Below are positions 53,006-63,990 of a stretch of DNA of 64,000 bases, piece by piece. The notes beneath the pieces are model-generated. The model had not been told where the DNA came from. It did not search any database and saw only the letters and a list, made by a program, of their open reading frames with translations. Source of the stretch: Marsupella aquatica (lineage: Eukaryota > Plantae > Marchantiophyta); the NCBI GenBank assembly GCA_973895155.1, contig OZ316893.1:16770645-16834644 (forward strand). The letters run 5' to 3'. The translations under genes and the position numbers were made by a program. Every line of letters begins with the position of its first letter. The first letter of the stretch is position 1.

Positions 53006-53995
53006 CTAAGCCTTCTCCCCCTCCCACAACGGAAGGGGAAGCCTAAATACTACGGTTGCCACCTGCTGAGCTACCTGTAGGAATTGGTTATTGAGGTCAG
53101 TCAGGCTGGTAACCCGAGCCAAGGATTCCGAGCGCAACTGAAGCACGGTGTCGTCCAGCTTCTTGAGATCCGCTTGCGCCTCGCTCAACTCTTGGGTTAG
53201 TCCATCCCGCTGTTCGATGGTGCGGACTAACTCCTCACGGCGGGTAGTGGCCTCCTCCTTGAGGTGTTCTACCAGCATTTGGAGGCGCCCGATCTCGTTC
53301 CCCTTCGCCATGAGTTCTTCCTCCAAGTGGCTTACGATCCGTGGTTGGTGCTCTAACATGAAGAAGGCTGGTTGAAAGTACGTCGAGACTTGTTGTCCGA
53401 TGTACGTTGCCAGCTCCCCTAACAGAGTCTGACTAAACTTCTGGACCAGGTCGTAGGCCATGGTCCCTGGGGCTACTTGGTAGTCCTCCATCCTCTCGGG
53501 TACCGGCGGTTCCTCAAGCGGGGCGGCAAGCTCCTCCGTAGTCTACAATGCGGAGGGGAAGGTTTCTTCAGGTGGTGGAGGGATTGGAGGTGGTTGAACC
53601 GGGGGTAGCGGAGGCTCGACGGGAGGGGGCGGCGGAATTTCAACCCGGGGAGGTGACGGAGTATTAATCAGGGCCTCTGGCTCAGGGTTTTCCCGAGGTG
53701 CGGTAGTCCGCTCGCTCGGGGTAGCCTCCTCCATAGCGGGGGTGATATTAGTCGGGGCTGAGGTGGCCATATTCTTTCCCCTGGCCTCCTGCCGTGCCTT
53801 GTACCAGGTGAGGATGATGGCAATATGACTTCCCAGGTAATTCTTCCCCCCGATAGCCATACCTCCCTGAGCCCGCTTAAGCTCCCCCGAGAACCTCCGA
53901 TAAAAGAATTGGGCCCAGTTTTGCCGTTTGTACTGTTCCACCTGTACGATCGTGCAGAGGGAGATCTTGGATCGTGGCTCAATCATGAGGTACAC
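53006..53995 (-). pseudogene. Retrotransposon accessory ORF remnant (PMD/Athila-ORF1-like C-terminal part, Pro-rich linker, coiled coil)
   Basis: NWAQFFYRRFSGEL..YLGSHIAIIL parallels DYNGYLLNQLKKIL..RLGYHMPLL of the 5860-9506 protein. Followed by poly-Pro and a coiled coil. Confidence 0.5.
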
Positions 53996-54424
53996 AACTT
54001 CATCAGTTATCAGTGACTTTCATCAGTCACTGATATCAGTCTGTGCCCAAAACTCGGCGACGCCGCCGACATGGACTTAATTCATACCCACAGTCAAACC
54101 CTATGTCGGCGTCCACTCCGACATTGTTTTGGTTCGGACAATTAGTAATGTCGGCTGCCTCTCTGACCATCTTGGTGCCCTTTCTAACCATCTTGGCGCC
54201 CTCTCTGAGATATCCTTGGAGTGTTGTTCCATCTCGGCTGAGCTCGCCGAGATGAAAACATACCCAGCAACGTGTACAACATAGCATATCAAATAGGAGC
54301 CACATTAAGAACGTTTGGATGACACACTTTTTATTAAGCTTTGTACCGAACTTTACAACGATGTTGTCTATCTCAATTTTCTGAACTAAATTCCACTAGG
54401 CTGCGTCTCCATCTTCCATCCTCT

Positions 54425-55606
54425 CTACAGGGTAATTGTCTGGCAGACAAGGTCCACAACAATCTTTTGCCGCATGATGTCTATAAGTGCAGGGTCAAAG
54501 TTCAGTACGCCGCCTCCAGAAATACGCTCCATGTAGATAATGATATATACACCACAATTGTAATCATCCCCTTGACCTGGAATGTTATCTCGGTAAATGC
54601 GTGGCCATTCTAATGGACATAACAAGGTACGACCCCGCAAGATGGAGAGGTCCGAAAGAAACTGAGCTACTTTGAACACTTCTGTGCCATCCTGTGCTTC
54701 GGGCACAAGCGGATCAAGTAAATGCAGTTGCCGCAAGGCAGTATCAACCACAACTAGTACCCAGTGTTTTGGCCGGTAGACGGGGATTAAAACGTACTCG
54801 TGCTCCCACATTTGAATGCCCCGCCAATATGCCAACGCTGCGTTGAAGTTATATTCCGGAGTTGTCATCACTTGGTAAAAATGTGTTGGCAATAACATGG
54901 CCTTGGGTTTATGAAGGGTTTGTGCTCTTCGTTCCAGTAAAGCAATGTAAGCATTGATGACATCGCAAGTGATCCATTTTTTTGGCCTCAAGCATTTTAA
55001 ATGTGCCCTCGTCAAGTGCACGTCCTCGATTGTCACTATGACCTCTTTTTGGTCCGCCTTGGGGTCCAATGCCTTCTTCACTATCGCCAAAAATTTGGAT
55101 GGTTGCTGTTGTGCGGGCACTCCTTTGTTTGCAAGCCCCACCTCTTTCACTCCTGCCCGGGGAGTCAGCCCCTCATTCACTGGTTGCTCAGGTCTCTCCT
55201 GAGCTGCAATGAAGGTAAATTCATTCAAACATTACTCTTTGGAACTGGAGCTTGATAATCTTATACTTACATGGTGAGTTTGGAGATTGTCACTTCCTAC
55301 CGAGCTACTCTCATCCGATTGAGCTTCTTTTGCCCTATCATCGACAAATTTGAGAGTTTTCCTTTTTCTCTCTTTTACACAGCGAGGCACTATTTCTTCA
55401 TGATAGGTATCAGCAGCGTAGCACGGAAGGGTTAACTTCACCGGCGAGAAATATGCCAAAGCTTCCTCCAACGCGAGCTTGACAAGCCGTCTGTCCTGGC
55501 TGTCCCATTCCGCTGTAGCTGACTCGGTAGTCCTGTCGGGAACTGCTACTAAGTTATACTTAAATCCAATCAAATAATGTATTGCGCCCAAAATAGACGT
55601 AAACAA
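54425..55606 (-). CDS. Ulp1/SENP-family (peptidase C48) SUMO protease, TE-associated; N-terminal extension separated by one in-frame stop
   Basis: CLRPKKWITCDVINAY, LPTHFY, IPVYRPKHWVLVVVD, LLDPL, PGQGDDYNCGVY. The His-Asp-Cys triad and oxyanion Gln are present. Confidence 0.88.
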
Positions 55607-55648
55607 GAAGGCATCTGTCGGGGAAGGTAGTCGACATGGATCGACGGA

Positions 55649-56445
55649 TCTCGGAGAGGCCAGCCGAGATCACTCTTCCTGAGACGGATCTCGGAGAGGC
55701 CGGCCGAGATTGACTATTCCTGAGACAAATCTTGGAGACGCCAACCGAGATGACTTCTTGAGACGGATCTCGGAGAGGCTAGCCGAGATGACTGTTCCTG
55801 AGACGGATCTCAAAGAGGCCAGCCGAGATTGACTCATCCTGAGACGGATCTCGGAGAGGCCAGCCGAGATGACTATTCGGTACATGGATCTCAGAGAGGC
55901 CAGCCGAGATTGACTCTTCCTGAGATGGATCTTGGATAGGCCAGCCAAAATTGACTCTTCCTAAGACAGATCTCGGAGAGGCCAGCCGAGATGACTATTC
56001 CTGAGACGGATCTCAGAGAGGCCAGTCGAGATTGACTCTTCCTGAGACAGATCTTGGATAGGCCAGCCAAGATCACTCTTCCTGAGACGGATCTCGGAGA
56101 GGCCAGCCGAGATGACTATTCCTGAGACGGATCTCAGAGAGGCCAGCCGAGATTGACTCTTCCTGAGATGGATCTTGGATAGGCCAGCCAAGATCACTCT
56201 TCCTGAGACGGATCTTGGAGAGGCCAGCCGAGATGACTATTCCTGAGACGGATCTCAGAGAGGCCAACCGAGATTAACTCTTCCTGAGACGGATCTCAGA
56301 GAGGCCAGCCGAGATGACTATTCCTGAGACGGATCTCAGAAAGGCCAGCCGAGATTGACTCTTCCTGAGACGGATCTTGGATAGGCCAGCCAAGATCACT
56401 CTTCCTGAGACGGATCTTGGAGAGGCCCGCCAAGATGACTCTTCT
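55649..56445. repeat. Tandem array of ~20 units of 40/41 bp, each holding a 21-bp quasi-palindrome
   Basis: TCTCGGAGAGGCCAGCCGAGA plus (T)TGACT(A/C)TTCCTGAGACGGA, with three alternating variants. Confidence 0.95.
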
Positions 56446-56648
56446 TGAGTTGCATGTAGAGGAATGAATCTTGGCGAGGTCCGCCAACATGCATCTCAAG
56501 TTAGGACTTGCCCTCGCTTGTAGAGGAGGCTAGACACTATGAATGTCAGCGAGGTCAGCCGACATGCATACATATCAGCGAGGCCGCTGACTTGTATCCC
56601 TCTATTGTCAACCATTGCGATGAGCAAGCAAATATGAAATGAACAACG

Positions 56649-59600
56649 TCAAACGCCAGAAAACTTACATGTTGTTAGAAGTACTACCGGCTTTTTCTTC
56701 TTGCGCTTTTCTGGATTGGCTTTTGAACGGACCACCTCTTCCTCCTCCGGGGAGATCACTCCAACCAGTTGTGCCAGTTGGTCTTGCGCACAAGTTCCGA
56801 AGTGAGGATAGGATTCAGTCCCAAACACCATCCGCCCACAATTTTCACCCGCCTTGAATATTGCCCCAAACTGTGCGTTGAAAGTGAGGATAGTTGCCCC
56901 AGGGTGTGTTGTATATTCAATGATACATTGGAGCGTTGCTGGCGACAATGTGCCCGCAAAAGGATCGTTAACCTGATTCTTCTTGGATGTATAGTTCGTT
57001 AGCCCATTCCTACTCTTCATATCGAGCTCTGCACTAATTGGTGCCACATCGTCCTTTGGGCATATCTCCACAGCAGATTGAAACCCCCACAGGTCTAGCT
57101 TGAGATATTCGCTCTGGATTGGCCAAACATATTCAGAGGTCAGACTTCCTCAGTTTAGGATAGTAAGTCATTGGAATAAAAAATAAATGAAGAAGTAGGT
57201 AATTGATGGGACTTACTCGCTTCCCAGTCCTACCATTGTAGGTGGGTGTGTCGTTCCAGATAAAGAAGCTTTCTTTCAACCCCCAGTTGGTATTCTCGTA
57301 AACTAATGCATCATAAATGCAAGTTGAGTGCCGAAGCGAACCACTGTGCACGATGGCAAACAGTCCTTCGGAATCAAGGACATCTCGAGCAAACTCCTGA
57401 ACCCGGTTCAAGTCGTCCTCCCGGAACGAATTCCACAACGGGGTGGACTTAACCTCGACCATACGCGTGTCTGTTCCCATATGTATCAGAATTAAATCTG
57501 CACCAGTCTTCACTCGCTTCCCCCCTTTTCTCCAGGCATTTTGACGCAAACCTTCCCGCAATAGCTTTCTGCACCATGAGATCAATTTACTAACTACAGG
57601 GGGTTTGGTACCTTCTTTAGCCGCATCAAAAAAAGTTGTAAATAGATTTGGAGACCACCTAAAATACATATGTCTGCTCTGGGAAGACATGGTATTGGCA
57701 TAAGGACGCCTTACTCCTTCCAGCTCTGTATTATCCTCTTCTCCAAGGGCCTCTTCATCCTCCTCATTTTCCAATGTGGGGTCAGGTTGGATGGTTGTGG
57801 GCGGAACCTCTCCAGTGCCGGGCAGGGGAGGCGACTCAGTGGGGGAAGGAAGAGGAGGAAATTCCTCGTCACGTGCTTTGCTTGGGCTCCCTTTGGGAGC
57901 TCTGGGTCGCCTAGTTTGCTTTCTTTTTAAGGCCTTTTCCTTTTGCCGTGACAGTAATGGTGGCCGGTAAGGCACAGGAGAGATATCAGACAAGCGCCCT
58001 TCGTCTCCGGATTGTCCTTTGTCCTCTTCCTCTCGCTCCTCTTCCTCTCGCTCACCCACATCATCCTCACCTTGCTGCTCATCAGCCAATTCATCTTGTA
58101 CTTCAGGAGCCTCATGCGGAGGCAAGTCAAATTCTTGCAGTGGAGCCTCGTCTGGACCCAACTCAACTATTGGTTGTTTATCCTTGTGCCCTGGACCCTG
58201 CGAAACCCCTGGACCGTCCTCAACTGCTGCCTTTGTAGCCGGCTCTACACCCTTGCTCTTGATAGAACCAGGTTCCGTTTGGATCTCTGCATGACCTGCA
58301 TAGGATGCAAATTGATGAGCTTCATGATGGCAACTGCATCTCGGCGAGCCTCACCAAGATTGGGTTCATTATATGCAAGCAACTTATTACTCAACTAATA
58401 CTTCATCTCGGCGAGCCTCGCCGACATCTGGACTGGACCAGACACTTAATCTCGGAGAGCCACGCCGATATCTGGACTGGACCAGACACTTAATCTCGGA
58501 GAGCCTTGCCGACATCTAGACTGGACCGGACACTTAATCTCGGCGAGCCTCGCCAACCCAGCCAAGGTTTTTTCCAATGCAAGCCACCACCTGATTCGAA
58601 AGGAATTGAGTAATACCTGATGGGGTCTTTGTTGGAGTGCTTATAGAATCTGACTGACTGGCCTCGGCGGATTGTTCCTTGTCGACCTTCTTCTCGCCTC
58701 CTTCCTTTCGGGCCTTTTTCCCATCATAGGCTGGGTCCATTGGGATTATGGCCTCCAACGCTATTGCCTGGGGCATAGAGTCCGTCAATTGTCGCAGCTT
58801 GGATATATCGTAGTAATTTGTAGGCTCCTGTTGGTCCTTCAGCTTCATTGCACACTCCTTCTCAGTGTCATCGATAAAAGTATTCCAGTCACGGTATTCC
58901 ATATACCGTGGGCAGTTTTGACGTTCCCAATCGCAGACTACTCTGCCATTAGGAATTTGGCCATCACATGGATACATGCTAAGGCTCCCTTTCGGCTCCA
59001 TCCAAGATGTGAGTGCCCATGGCAGCTCTTTCAATACGGATGCATTCATGTTCTCCTGATTGATTAGAAATCTTGTCACGCACCTCGTTGTTTGCTTTTT
59101 CCACAATTCTTTTAACAGGACCGTGGCCTTTCCGTCAATCCAAATTTCCCCGCCTAGTTTTAGTGATTTCTCTTGCACATAAGCTCGATAAAGCCTTTTG
59201 TATAGCTCTGCAAATTCCTCCTCTGTCCCGGAAAACTCACGGTACATCTGTCTTTGGTAGGCCTTTGCAGCAAAATCGGTCAAAATCACACAACCAACGT
59301 GGTCAATGTAACACCACATTGACCAGACTGCTAACCAGGATCTAATTGCAGCATCACCATTGCTACGTGGATGGTGATACATACTCTTCTCCTCCTCCGT
59401 TCCAAAATGAGCTTTCAATAGCTTTACTCTGCACTCTGCAGTTACCCAAGCCCCAGCAAACAAGCGGACCCTGTCCAAGCCAACCTGTACATTCATCACA
59501 CCCTGCTTGGCGTCCTTTGACAACTTGTGATACAGCTGCCGACATACCGGCATGAACTGGTCTCCATTGGCCGGATTCACGCAGGCCGCAAGCTTGGGGA

Positions 59601-60775
59601 ACTTGTTGTCCCAGGCCTTGCATGCAACAATAATCATTGCCTCCGTCTCCTCCTCAGTTCTCTTCACACTCCACGGGTGCCCATGAGCTGCGTCTTGTGC
59701 CATCTCCTTGGAGATAATGATTCGTCCCGCTTCAATGTTTGACCAAGACATGATGTACACAACGGCTTCTTTTGTCATATTCTTTGAGTACCAAGTCTTC
59801 CCATGTCCTCGATTTCGGGCCTTCATGAAAGCCTCCATTGTCTCCTTTGACATGAGCGAACTGTACTCCTCCAATGGAGTGTTCAATAGCTTTGCAACCC
59901 GATCAGCGTCATTAAACCAGGACGTCTTCACGACAGTCGCACTTATCCTGAAAATGACAAACAGTACTCATAGTGGCAATTTCAGAGAGGCTCTCCAAGA
60001 TGGCACACAAGGTTTACACAAACGGGTAATCACATTTTGCAAAAAGATGCGAATGAGAGTACTTACGAGTTGAGAGCGTGCATTGCTTGCTCAACCTTCT
60101 TGAATCCGTCCTTCCCAGCGTTCAAAAGAGAGAATCTGATGCACGGATGGTATTGCAATTGATCCGAATACTCAAAAGCAACTGCGGACCAGGCTATGTA
60201 TCTGTGGTTTCCATCAAAAACCCAAAACATCTTGTCCTTAAGGACTTTGAACTCCTCTGATGCATCGCACTCTTGCTCAAACTGTTCATTGAGCTGAGTC
60301 CATAGAGGGTCCCAAAATGGCTTGAAGTCTGTCATTGTCTGCGTTTCTCCAATTTCATTGAACTCAGTAATGTGGAACTCGCTGAGCTTCACAACATAGC
60401 CGCTCTCTTTGAATCCTTTTTTAATTTTGCAACCGACTCATCCTGAAGATTCCTCACTGCCTCCATTGGCATGAGCCGGCACAAGGGGATCCGGGGCGGA
60501 TCCTTACTAAACTTTGTCTCATACTTGGAGACGATAGACTCCCAGGCTCCCTTCTCAGCAATATCAGCCAATTCCACCGCTCCAATAGGCTCAAATGATA
60601 TCTGCTTTGGCTCAAACTTCCTCCTGGAGTCGACTGACTCCATAAGTGGACCACCCTGTGAGCGCGTCAGTCGAGACGTGACTGGCGAAGGAGACTTGGA
60701 TTGTGGTTTCTTACTCCGCTGAGAAGTTTGGCTGTCGGCAGGTCCAGCTCCAGTCGAGTCTTTCCTCTTCGGCAT
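56649..60775 (-). CDS. Multi-exon gene: ParB/Srx-like N-terminal domain, helical middle, acidic/Pro linker, degenerate beta-class N4C/N6A DNA methyltransferase-like C-terminal domain (possibly pseudogenised)
   Basis: RIPLCRL..VRNLQDESVAKLK(K)GFKESGY..WVFDGNHRYIAW..MHALN, with a frameshift in the A-run at ~60416-60422. GT-AG introns near 60066-59949 and 58586-58296. ADLILI..FARDVLDSEGLFAI..FFIWN..IIEYTTHPGATILTFNAQFGAIFKAGENCGRMVFGTE. Confidence 0.7.
58406..58558. repeat. Intronic 44-bp tandem repeat (3.5 units) built on the 21-bp palindrome
   Basis: Palindrome starts at 58406, 58450, 58494 and 58538 (TCTCGGCGAGCCTCGCCGACA plus TCTGGACTGGACCAGACACTTAA). Confidence 0.9.
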
Positions 60776-61792
60776 TTTGACCTTAGATTACATGAGAAAT
60801 GAAAGAGTTATTACTCGGCAATAGCTCGACCTATAAACCTGACAAGATCTCAGTGAGCCCCGCCGAGAGAGCCAGTTTTCAAGGATACGCGGGGTCCAGC
60901 CTCTCACACATTTGATTCATCTACAAATGGATTTGACATATCAAGAAAAAGGGGGAGCCAAGAGAAAAACCTGAGAGAATCACCAACGTTCACGGCAAAT
61001 CATTGTCGCAAATGCTCACAAAAACATGTTGCCTAAACGCTCACGGAGAAGCTACCACACACTCACTGCCTCAAAACACCAACGCAATCTAGTAGACACG
61101 ATAACAGGGTTGCACAGGAGAGTTTACCGTGAGTGGGACGACTGAAGAAGAGCAGGAACAACGCGGATGTGAGCGCGGAGAAGTGAGAGATTGCACAGAC
61201 CAATATGCAAAGATTGAGGAAGAGCACGGATTAGAGCGCGAACGAGTAAGGGACGCAAAAGAGTGAGGCAGAGTGAGAAGGTCCGGGGATTAGTGATAAA
61301 GATGAGCGCCAAACCTAAGGTGTCACACCGTGGAAGAGTGACGAGGAAGGAACGACATCCACTTCAAGGAATAACGTACCGCACGTACTGCACAACACTA
61401 CAATACGCAATAGATACGGAAGATCCTAACTATACTTCGATACGTACATGTTAACGGCCCAAACAAGAAAGTACACAATGGTAACGCGAGTACTGACCAC
61501 CACTAGTACGAGAGAGTTTAGGGTACATTTAGGGTACAATTAGGGACTTCGGCCTACAACTCAAATGAGTCCGAATGTAGGAGACCCTCGCCGTCATTTC
61601 ATTCCGAGGCCTACTGAGACGTGTCAACATCTCGGTGCGTCAGCTAAAAGAGGAAATGGTTGCCCACATGCATTATCATTTGGGTGGCTTAACTAAAAGA
61701 GGAAATTGGGGTTAAGAGAAGGGGTAAGAGCACAAGTCAACAAGATCAAGGAGGGTTTGTTGGAGGAGACTTAATAAAGGCGGCCAATGATG

Positions 61793-61820
61793 TTTAGGGT
61801 TTAGGGTTTAGGGTTTAGGG
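61793..61820 (+). repeat. Interstitial plant-type telomeric repeat (TTTAGGG)4
   Basis: Four exact TTTAGGG units. Confidence 0.85.
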
Positions 61821-61885
61821 TAAAATATGAGAAGTAGAAAAAATTCCAACACTCTAGCGAACTTCACGGTAGAAAAGTAAGCTTC

Positions 61886-62512
61886 TTGGGTCAAAAAGGT
61901 CGCCAGCCTCTCGGAGACCCTCTCTGAGATGGAGTCGTGGGCGTACTTTGGCCAGATGACACCACTTGTGGACCCTGTTAACAGTTTCAAAGGGTTAGCT
62001 ACAACATACACTGTGTCTCTCAGAGACCCTCTCCGAGATGAAATTAAGGGTATTCCGTTTCAAAGGAAGGACCCAAATTGGTTCTATCCAACATCCGATG
62101 TCAGAGACCCTCTCTGAGACGGAGTGGTGTGGCCCGAACGGCCAGACGGCAAAAATTGTCAATTGCGTCTTGGGTGGAAAGGGAAGCGAGATTGCAACCC
62201 AATCGCTCGGAGACCCTCTCTGAGATGGAGCCGTGTGCCCCAAGTGGCCAGAGAGCAGTTCTCCCAGATCGCATATTGGGTCAGAAAGGTCGCCAAATGA
62301 GACCCAGCCTCTCGGAGACCCTCTCTGAGATGGAGTCATGGGCGTACTTTGGCCAGATGACACCACTTGTGGACCCTGTTAACAGTTTCAAAGGGTTAGC
62401 TACAACATACACTGTGTCTCTCAGAGACCCTCTCCGAGATGAAATTAAGGGTATTCCGTTTCAAAGGAAGGACCCAAATTGGTTCTATCCCACATTCGAT
62501 GTCAGAGACCCT
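61886..62512. repeat. ~225-bp direct duplication (offset ~400 bp) rich in TCTC(G/A)GAGACCCTCTC(T/C)GAGA palindromes
   Basis: 61886-62112 and 62276-62512 are nearly identical. Confidence 0.9.
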
Positions 62513-62721
62513 CGCCAAAATACAAGGATGAACCCAAAAGTGCATGCAAAAACTGACCGTATAGTACTTTTCAATGTTTTTACAATGTAATTATGTATGG
62601 ATCGCGTGTCCGTACAAATCTACTATCTCAGAGAGGCTCGCCGAGTACAAAATACTGTTGCCCAAATGACCCGAGTCCATCTCAGAGACCCCCACCGAGA
62701 ATAATTTAGGGTGGAAACTAA

Positions 62722-63571
62722 ATGTCAGAGACCCTCGTCGAGTAGGATTCTAGGTAAAAGTCTATGAGAATCCATCTCAGAATCTTGGAGACCCCCGCCG
62801 AGAATGACTTAGGATGAAAAGTAAATGACACTCAGCGACCAAGGAAGTCCCTAATCCACCACAGAGAGGCTTGCCAGATAGCGCGACCGCATGTCAGAGA
62901 CCCTCGCCGAGTAGGATTCTAGATAAAAGTCTATGAGAATCCATCTCAGAATCTCGGAGACCCCCGCCGAGAATGACTTGGGATGAAAAGTAAATGACAC
63001 TCAGTGACCAAGGAAGTCCCTAATCCACCACAGAGAGGCTCGCCAGATAGCGCGACCGCATGTCAGAGACCCTCGTCGAGTAGGATTCTAGATAAAAGTC
63101 TATGAGAATCCATCTCAGAATCTCGGAGACCCCCGCCGAGAATGACTTGGGATGAAAAGTAAATGACACTCAGCGACCAAGGAAGTCCCTAATCCACCAC
63201 AGAGAGGCTCGCCAGATAGCGCGACCGCATGTCAGAGACCCTCGCCGAGTAGGATTCTAGATAAAAGTCTATGAGAATCCATCTCAGAATCTCGGAGACC
63301 CCCGCCGAGAATGACTTGGGATGAAAAGTAAATGACACTCAGCGACCAAGGAAGTCCCTAATCCACCACAGAGAGGCTCGCCAGATAGCGCGACCGCATG
63401 TCAGAGACCCTCGCCGAGTAGGATTCTAGATAAAAGTCTATGAGAATCCATCTTAGAATCTCGGAGACCCCCACGAAGAATGACTTGGGATGACCAAGGA
63501 AGTCCCTAATCCACCATAGAGAGGCTCACCAGATAGCGCGACCGCATGTCAGAGACCCTCGCCGAGTAGGA
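62722..63571. repeat. 169-bp tandem array, 5 units (last with a 21-bp deletion) plus a partial unit
   Basis: ATGTCAGAGACCCTCG starts at 62722, 62891, 63060, 63229, 63398 and 63546. Confidence 0.95.
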
Positions 63572-63707
63572 AGTCGGAAGGCTATTTATTCATCCTTCAA
63601 GTCAGGCATTTTTGCAGAGGGGATTATAAGCCACACGACGGAAGAAGAAATGTTTTAGGCAAGGCCGGACGGAATCTTGGAGAATATACTACATCCCCAG
63701 AGTTTGC

Positions 63708-63990
63708 ATGTACCTTCTTGGCGGCTGCTGGCAAATATGTACCTTGTACATGTGCAGAATCTGTACCTTCTTGGCGGCCGCTAGCAAATAGGTACCTTCT
63801 TTGTGGTACAGTTGTTATATGTACGCTCCAGATTCTACGATCGTTATATGGTACGCACGTTGTTCGGAATGGTATTCTTGGCGTAAAGTACGGGTACTTT
63901 AACGTCTGATGTACCGCCCAAGTTCTAAGCCTGAAAGTGCGGTATTATTGGCATAAAGTGGTACCAAGACTTTAACGTCTGATGTATAAA
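63708..63990. repeat. Short degenerate repeats of a different family, probably the edge of another element
   Basis: tgtaccttcttggcggc x2, actttaacgtctgatgta x2, ggtatt.ttggc.taaagt x2. Confidence 0.5.

Noticed and set aside
55649-56445. CRISPR-like array (palindromic repeat plus spacer)
   Set aside because: The intervening sequences are near-identical rather than unique spacers, no cas genes are present, and the context is eukaryotic.
55670-56499. Short repetitive ORFs such as LASLRSVSGIVISAGLSEIRL
   Set aside because: They are translations of the tandem array; unit lengths of 40/41 bp break the frame.
61808-62590. ORFs of 61-170 aa on both strands
   Set aside because: They derive from the duplicated palindrome-rich block and show no domain signal.
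54000-63571. Canonical bacterial parS sites or bacterial contamination
   Set aside because: The palindrome does not match TGTTTCACGTGAAACA, and the genes have GT-AG introns and a eukaryotic Ulp1 neighbour. Only the analogy is kept.
62722-63571. Centromeric satellite
   Set aside because: Only five units, and they share the element's palindrome, so a TE-internal array is the simpler reading.
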